A DNA stretch of 64,000 nt from an uncultured Thermoleophilia bacterium (GTDB lineage Bacteria; Actinomycetota; Thermoleophilia; Solirubrobacterales; 70-9): NCBI GenBank assembly GCA_963803425.1, contig CAWDMA010000001.1:501355-565354 (forward strand), written 5' to 3'. The position numbers and the translations under genes are program-made. Below the pieces are notes generated by a model, which worked only from the letters and a program-made list of their open reading frames with translations, searched no databases and was not told the origin of the DNA. The stretch's first letter is position 1, and each line of letters begins with the position of its first letter. Shown here one piece after another: positions 58,958 through 64,000 of this stretch.

Positions 58958-59605
58958 ATGACCGACGGGGCGGAGCGGAGCACGCAGATCAGCATCGTGC
59001 TCGCCGACGACCACGCGGTGGTACGCAGCGCGCTCCGGATGCTGCTCCAGGCGGAGACCGACTTCGAGGTGGTCGCGGAGGCCGGAGACGCGGACAGCGC
59101 GGTCCGGTACGCGAGCGGGCACAAGCCCAGCGTCCTGATCCTCGACCTGAACATGCCCGGGCCGCCGAGCCTGGAGCGGGTGCCCGCGATCAAGTCCGTC
59201 TCGCCAGGGACCGAGATCGTGGTGCTGACGATGCAGGAAGACCCCGCCTTCGCGCGCGAGGCGATGCGAGCCGGCGTGCTTGGGTACGTCCTCAAGGAGG
59301 CCGCCGACGCCGAGCTGGTCAAGGCCGTCAGGCTCGCCGCCCGGGGCGAGACGTACCTGCAGCCGGCCCTCGGCGCACGCCTGGCCGCGGAGCCGGCCCC
59401 AGGTCGCGACGAGCTCTCCGACCGTGAGACGGAGGTGCTGAGGCTGATCGCCCTGGGGCACACGAACGCCGAGATCGCCGACCAGCTCTACTTGAGCGTG
59501 CGCACGGTCGAGTCCCACCGGGCGCACATCCAGCAGAAGCTCCGCCTCACGAAGCGGTCGGAGCTGGTCCAGTACGCGCTGGAGCGGGGCCTGCTCGAGA
59601 CCTGA
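58958..59605 (+). CDS. NarL/LuxR-type response regulator
   Basis: ISIVLADDHAVVR...LILDLNMPG receiver domain. C-terminal LSDRETEVLRLIALGHTNAEIADQLYLSVRTVESHRAHI. The ORF opens at 58919. Confidence 0.9.
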   Translation: MTDGAERSTQISIVLADDHAVVRSALRMLLQAETDFEVVAEAGDADSAVRYASGHKPSVLILDLNMPGPPSLERVPAIKSVSPGTEIVVLTMQEDPAFAREAMRAGVLGYVLKEAADAELVKAVRLAARGETYLQPALGARLAAEPAPGRDELSDRETEVLRLIALGHTNAEIADQLYLSVRTVESHRAHIQQKLRLTKRSELVQYALERGLLET

Positions 59606-59616
59606 CCCGGCCTCGC

Positions 59617-61308
59617 TCAGGCGGCCCCGCGGCCGATCTCCGCCGCCCGCCGCGGGATATCGATCCGGAGCTTCGTGCCGGCCCCCGGAGACGACGCGAT
59701 CTCGATCCGCCCGCCGGCGAGCTCGACGCGCTCCCGCATCCCGACCAGGCCGAACCCTCTCACCACGGTGTCGGGATCGAATCCCACCCCGTCGTCCTCG
59801 ATCCGAAGCTCGATCGTCTGCTCGGACGCGGACAGCCGCACCGACACGTGCTCGGCGCGGGCGTGCTTGGCCGTGTTCGTGAGCGCCTCCTGGATCACCC
59901 GGTAGATCGTGTTCTCGAGCTCGGAGTCCAGTCCCGCTGGAGCGCCGGCCCCGTCGAGGTCCACCACGATCCCGACGGCGACGCCCTGGGTCTTCTCGAC
60001 GTGCAGCGCGAGCGCCTCGATCGCCGGCTCGAGGCCGATCTGGTCGAGCGCCGCCGGTCGCAGCTCGGTGATCAGGGCGCGGAGCTTGTCGATCTCCTCG
60101 CCTAGCTGCGCGATCGCGTCCCGGACCGCGCGCTCCCGCACAGGCTCGTCGGCCTTCATCGCCGAGGAGAGCAGCATCCGCATCGCTCCGAGCCCCTGCA
60201 GGGTCTCGTCGTGAAGCTCCCGCGCCCACCGGCCGCGCTCCCGCTCGGACGCCGCGATGTTGTCCCTGACCCGGTCTTCGGACACGGCCTTCGCGGTCGC
60301 CACCGCGGTCGCGGCGCTGACCGCGAACGCGAGCAGCAGCGTCTCGTCCTCCGCGCTGAAGCTGGGGCCGTCGGTGAGCCTGTCGAAAGCCGCGATCAGC
60401 CCCAGCGCCTGGCCGCGGAACACCAGCGGCACGAGCATCGCCGCCTCAGCCTGCACGCCGAGCTCCGCCGGTGCGATCCGCAGCCGAGCTGTGACGTCGG
60501 CGACGCGCTCCGCCCTCAGCGTTCTCATCACCTCTCCGGTGGTCGATCCCGAGATCGCCAACCGTGTGCCGCGCGCCGCCCGATCGAGCTCCCCGGCGGT
60601 CGCGGTGACCTCGAGCTCGGCGTCGACCCCGAGCAGGATCACGAGCGCGCGCGCCTCTACCAGCGCCCGGGCGCGCTTCGCGATCGTCTCCAGGACGCGA
60701 TCGAGGTCGGTCTCGCCGCCGACGATCAGAGCTATCTCGGTCGCGGCGTCGAGGCTTCGAACCACCCGGGCAAGCTCGGAGCGATCCCGCTCCGCCTCCC
60801 CGTACAGACGGGCGTTCTCGATCCCGATCGCCGCCCACGCGGCCAGCGTCACGACGGTCTGCTGATCTATCTCGTCGAACTCGCCGCCGCGCTTCTCGGT
60901 CAGGTACAGATTGCCGTAGGCCTCACCGCGAATCAGCACCGGCACCCCGAGGAACGTCCCCATCGCGGGGTGCACCGGCGGGAACCCGTAGGAGCGCGGA
61001 TGCGCGCCGACGTCGGCGAGCCGCAGCGGCTTCGGATCGTCGATCAGCAGCCCCAGCACCCCGTGTCCGCGGGGGAGCTGGCCGATTCGCTCCCGGGTGG
61101 CGTCGTCGATCCCGAGCGTGATGAAGCGCTCCAGACCGCTCCCCTGCTCGTCGAGGATCCCGAGCGCGGCGTACCTGGCGCCGGTCAGCTCCCGGGCCAC
61201 CTCGAGCACCCGCCGCAGCACCGTCTCCAGGTCCAGCTCCGCCACCAGCGAGCGACCCACCTCGATCAGGCGGGTGAGCCGGCGCTCGTCGAGCGCTCCC
61301 GCACCCAT
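59617..61308 (-). CDS. GAF-domain sensor histidine kinase (HisKA_3/NarX-like)
   Basis: Two GAF-like modules, H-box RWARELHDETLQGL, HATPase N/G boxes (EALTNTAKHA..., DDGVGF, GLVGMRERV). Confidence 0.85.
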   Translation of the reverse strand: MGAGALDERRLTRLIEVGRSLVAELDLETVLRRVLEVARELTGARYAALGILDEQGSGLERFITLGIDDATRERIGQLPRGHGVLGLLIDDPKPLRLADVGAHPRSYGFPPVHPAMGTFLGVPVLIRGEAYGNLYLTEKRGGEFDEIDQQTVVTLAAWAAIGIENARLYGEAERDRSELARVVRSLDAATEIALIVGGETDLDRVLETIAKRARALVEARALVILLGVDAELEVTATAGELDRAARGTRLAISGSTTGEVMRTLRAERVADVTARLRIAPAELGVQAEAAMLVPLVFRGQALGLIAAFDRLTDGPSFSAEDETLLLAFAVSAATAVATAKAVSEDRVRDNIAASERERGRWARELHDETLQGLGAMRMLLSSAMKADEPVRERAVRDAIAQLGEEIDKLRALITELRPAALDQIGLEPAIEALALHVEKTQGVAVGIVVDLDGAGAPAGLDSELENTIYRVIQEALTNTAKHARAEHVSVRLSASEQTIELRIEDDGVGFDPDTVVRGFGLVGMRERVELAGGRIEIASSPGAGTKLRIDIPRRAAEIGRGAA

Positions 61309-61337
61309 CGAGTGTCAACGGTATTGAAGTCCGGGGG

Positions 61338-62570
61338 TCAGCTCGCCGCCCGAGCCGGCCCCGATCCGGAGATCCGGACACCGTCCTCGGAGAGCTGCAC
61401 GTCGACGACGGTCGACTCCCCTTCGATCGGTGGGCGGGGATGCAGCTCGACGCCCGTGAGTGCGCCCAGGTGGGGCGCCAGGTAGCGGCCGGCGATCTTC
61501 CCGGGGGGCCACCACAGCGGGTGCGCCACGGCGGCCGATGGGTCGCCGCGCCCGCCGCTGAGCTCGGCCCGCATGAACGCAGGCCTGCCGCCGGTGAGCA
61601 GCAGGCCTCGCAGCACCGGCCGGAACGGATGCGGGTCGACCGGCGCGCCGGCCTCCGCTGCGATCGCCTCGGCGGCCGCGTCGGCCTGCTGCGTCGCGAT
61701 CCCCCCCTGCTTCACAGGGAACGTGGTGACGTCGCCCGCCGCGTACACACGCTCCAGGCCGATCACCCGGCACTGGGTGTCGACCGGGATGAAGCCCTGC
61801 TCGTCCTGTGGCAGCCCCTCGATCGATCGCCCCGCGGGGCGGGGAATCGTGACGACGCGGTCAGCCTCGAGCCGGGCGGCGGGGACGAGCGACAGCCCCT
61901 GGCTCGACACGGACTCCGGGTGATGGCCGCACACGGCCGTGATCCCCCGGCCCTCCAGGAGCGCCGCGACCAGCCCCGACGCGCGGGCGCCGAACAGCGC
62001 CAGCGGGGTCGGCTCCGGGGTTGCGATCGAGACCTCCGCGCCCGAGACCCTCCGCGCCAGGAGCTCGTGCTGGACCAGCAGCGCCAGCTCGTACACCGGC
62101 AGCGGCCACCCGGCGGCGGCGGGAACCGCAAACGCGATCCGCGGCCGCTCGCCGCCCGGCAGCCCTTCGAGCACCTTGCCGAGATCACCCCCGACGGAGC
62201 CCCAGAACGTGACAGCCCCGGGCAGCGACTCGACCGAGCGCGCCCCGCATGCGACGACGAGCGCGTCGTAGGCGATCTCCGCGCCGGCCCGCGTGCGCAC
62301 GCGCCTCCGAGAGCAGTCGACGGCGACGACGCCGTCGGCGCGAAAGCGGGCGTCCTGCTGGGCGACGAGGGTGGCGAGATCGAACCTGACGGCGCGGCCA
62401 TACCCGAGCCCCTCCGCGATCGCCAGCGGCCGGTAAGCGAAGTCTCGCTGCGGCGCGACCAGCTCGATCTCGACCCGGCCGGCAGCGAGCCGGCGAAGCG
62501 CCAGCAGCGCCTCGAGGCCGGCGACGCCGCCGCCGGCGATCAGCACTCGCAGGGGGCCCGCAGCCACCAT
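61338..62570 (-). CDS. FAD-dependent pyridine nucleotide-disulfide oxidoreductase (SQR / NDH-2-like)
   Basis: RVLIAGGGVAGLEALLAL dinucleotide fold; second GxGxxG-like region; AAGDVT near the C-terminal third. Confidence 0.7.
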   Translation of the reverse strand: MVAAGPLRVLIAGGGVAGLEALLALRRLAAGRVEIELVAPQRDFAYRPLAIAEGLGYGRAVRFDLATLVAQQDARFRADGVVAVDCSRRRVRTRAGAEIAYDALVVACGARSVESLPGAVTFWGSVGGDLGKVLEGLPGGERPRIAFAVPAAAGWPLPVYELALLVQHELLARRVSGAEVSIATPEPTPLALFGARASGLVAALLEGRGITAVCGHHPESVSSQGLSLVPAARLEADRVVTIPRPAGRSIEGLPQDEQGFIPVDTQCRVIGLERVYAAGDVTTFPVKQGGIATQQADAAAEAIAAEAGAPVDPHPFRPVLRGLLLTGGRPAFMRAELSGGRGDPSAAVAHPLWWPPGKIAGRYLAPHLGALTGVELHPRPPIEGESTVVDVQLSEDGVRISGSGPARAAS

Positions 62571-62913
62571 CGGCGGCGGCTAGAAGCCCCGCGTCTCGCG
62601 CTGGCGGTTCAGGCTTCTGCGCAGCTCGTCGTGGCCGGGAGCGCCCTCGTCGCGGAGCACCCTCATCACCCGGATCTCATGCGCGATCAGCATCGCGAAC
62701 CCCAGAACGCCACCCGGATCTCCCCGGTCGCGCCGCTCGCGCGATTGCCTGGAAACCTCATCTCGGACCTCCTCTCACGGACCCACGCTATGGCCGCTCG
62801 TGGCGGCGATCATCCGAGCAACCTCCTCGTCCAACCGGGGACAACTACTGATCCGCGGCGAGGTGGATACCCGATGGCGCCGCCGCGGCGGGCGTGGAAG
62901 GATCGGCGCGAAC

Positions 62914-63360
62914 GTGGCGAGCGACGGCTACAGCAACATCCTGGTCGCATACGACGACACCGACGGCGCCGAGGCGGCGCTGCGCCGGGCAACGGCGCTG
63001 GCCGCGGCCTCCGGCGCGGCGCTGACGCTCGTCAGGGCGACCACGGAGGACGCCGGGCTGACCGGCGCCGCCCGCCTCCCCGGCCGCCATCCCTCGCCCG
63101 AGGACGTTGCCGAGACCCGCCATTCCGTGGAGGCCGCGATCGCGGCGCTGGACCCCGGGCTGGAGGCGAGCCCGTGGGTCGTCGGCGGCCCCGCCGGGAG
63201 GGCGATCCTCGCCGTCGCCCGGGAGATCGGCGCGGACCTGCTCGTCGCCGGTTCGCGCGGTCGCGGCGCCGTCGGTCGCACATTGCTGGGCAGTGTCTCC
63301 ACCGAGCTCGTCCACGACGCCCCCTGCGACGTGCTCGTGGTCCGCCCGGCGGCCGCGTGA
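62914..63360 (+). CDS. universal stress protein family
   Basis: GTG 62914. NILVAYDDTDGAEAAL...ADLLVAGSRGRGAVGRTLLGSVSTELVHDAPCDVLVV. Confidence 0.8.
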   Translation: MASDGYSNILVAYDDTDGAEAALRRATALAAASGAALTLVRATTEDAGLTGAARLPGRHPSPEDVAETRHSVEAAIAALDPGLEASPWVVGGPAGRAILAVAREIGADLLVAGSRGRGAVGRTLLGSVSTELVHDAPCDVLVVRPAAA

Positions 63361-64000
63361 CGGCGGCGCTCGCCGCGGTGGCCGGCGCGGCCCTGGTCGT
63401 GCTCGCCGTGCGCGATGTGTTCGACACCCTGTTCCACCCGCACGGGCGCGGGGTGGTCAGTGAGGCGCTCGTCCGGGCCGCCTGGAGGGTCTGGCACGCC
63501 CTTGCCCGGGGGCGCCAGGCGAGGCTCTCCTACGCCGGCCCGACGGCGTTTCTGGCCGTCGTGCTGACCTGGGTGGCGCTGGTGGTCGTCGGGTTCGCGG
63601 TGATCCTCGTCCCGCACCTGCCGGAGGAGTTCGTGCTCGCGGGCGGCCTCCGCCCCGAGGCGAACGGCGGGTTCATCGACGCCGTGTACGTCTCGCTTGT
63701 CAGCCTCACCAGTCTCGGCTACGGGGACGTCGTGGCGAAGAACGACGCGCTCCGCCTGCTCGGCCCGGCGGAGACGATCGTCGGGCTCGGAATCCTGACC
63801 GCGAGCATCTCCTGGATCCTTTCGATCTACGCCGTGCTCGCCGACTACCGCTCGGTCTCGCACGAGATCGCGCTCCTGTGCGAGGCGGAGCGGCGGACGG
63901 GGTCGAGCCTGGCGCGACTGGAGCCAGCGGAGGCGGCCACCCTGCTGGGGCGGCTGACCTCACAGCTGATCGCCGCCCGGCGTGACCTGCTGCATTTCCC
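63357..64000 (+). CDS. two-TM potassium channel family protein (partial, runs off the right edge)
   Basis: GTGA overlap with the USP stop. FIDAVYVSLVSLTSLGYGDV carries the selectivity filter T-x-GYGD between two TM helices. Confidence 0.75.
   Translation, partial: MTAALAAVAGAALVVLAVRDVFDTLFHPHGRGVVSEALVRAAWRVWHALARGRQARLSYAGPTAFLAVVLTWVALVVVGFAVILVPHLPEEFVLAGGLRPEANGGFIDAVYVSLVSLTSLGYGDVVAKNDALRLLGPAETIVGLGILTASISWILSIYAVLADYRSVSHEIALLCEAERRTGSSLARLEPAEAATLLGRLTSQLIAARRDLLHF

Noticed and set aside
62581-62694. Possible 37-codon ORF (MLIAHEIRVMRVLRDEGAPGHDELRRSLNRQRETRGF) upstream of the flavoprotein gene on the minus strand
   Set aside because: It is too short, has no recognisable SD sequence or family, and the start is ambiguous. 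The evidence is insufficient to call it.

Overview
Strongly GC-rich, actinobacterium-like chromosomal window, mostly housekeeping genes. Left to right: tRNA-Val(CAC); a large Alu-domain (Bacillus-type) SRP RNA; a membrane glycosyltransferase-like gene; dnaX-ybaB-recR; a PadR-MMPL operon; a sulfatase; lysC(ask)-asd and a CPA1 antiporter; a type-E-like succinate dehydrogenase operon sdhA-sdhB-sdhE (CCG domain). Then a site-2 protease, M28 peptidase, GNAT and NB-ARC/STAND regulator; two secreted repeat proteins (CSLREA beta-helix, YWTD-like propeller); an AidB-like acyl-CoA dehydrogenase; NAD-IDH and mdh; Hsp20-lon. Next come TetR, an orphan ATP-synthase c-subunit gene and a six-gene mce operon with no yrbE/mceG, followed by a tandemly duplicated lysine-rich secreted-protein gene. 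The right end holds a GH-A hydrolase, an R2-like diiron/SCP2 fusion, glyQS, an FmdB zinc ribbon, one IS481-family element, LCP, ROK glucokinase, rsmI, a NarL-type regulator with a GAF histidine kinase, an SQR-like flavoprotein, USP and a K+ channel that runs off the end. I saw no CRISPR array, prophage or obvious defence island. Five things are not explained by ordinary annotation. (1) A family of 35-38 nt hairpins with a near-invariant apical core GGACGCGAAGCGGAG and non-conserved but self-complementary arms: six copies, two of them inside sdhB and glyQS. (2) Two tight clusters (about 13.2-16.0 kb and 18.2-19.25 kb) holding roughly 30 reading-frame changes, nearly all net +1, in lysC, asd, the antiporter, sdhB and sdhA. 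About 55 kb of other coding sequence shows none. Local consensus errors are the most likely cause, but this needs checking. (3) An atpE-like gene sits where yrbE permease genes are expected in front of mce. (4) IS481 is inserted exactly in a CTAG shared by two convergent stop codons. (5) A recent tandem gene duplication carries an expanding AAG (Lys) tract. All function calls come from reading the translated ORFs and motifs by eye; no database search was run.
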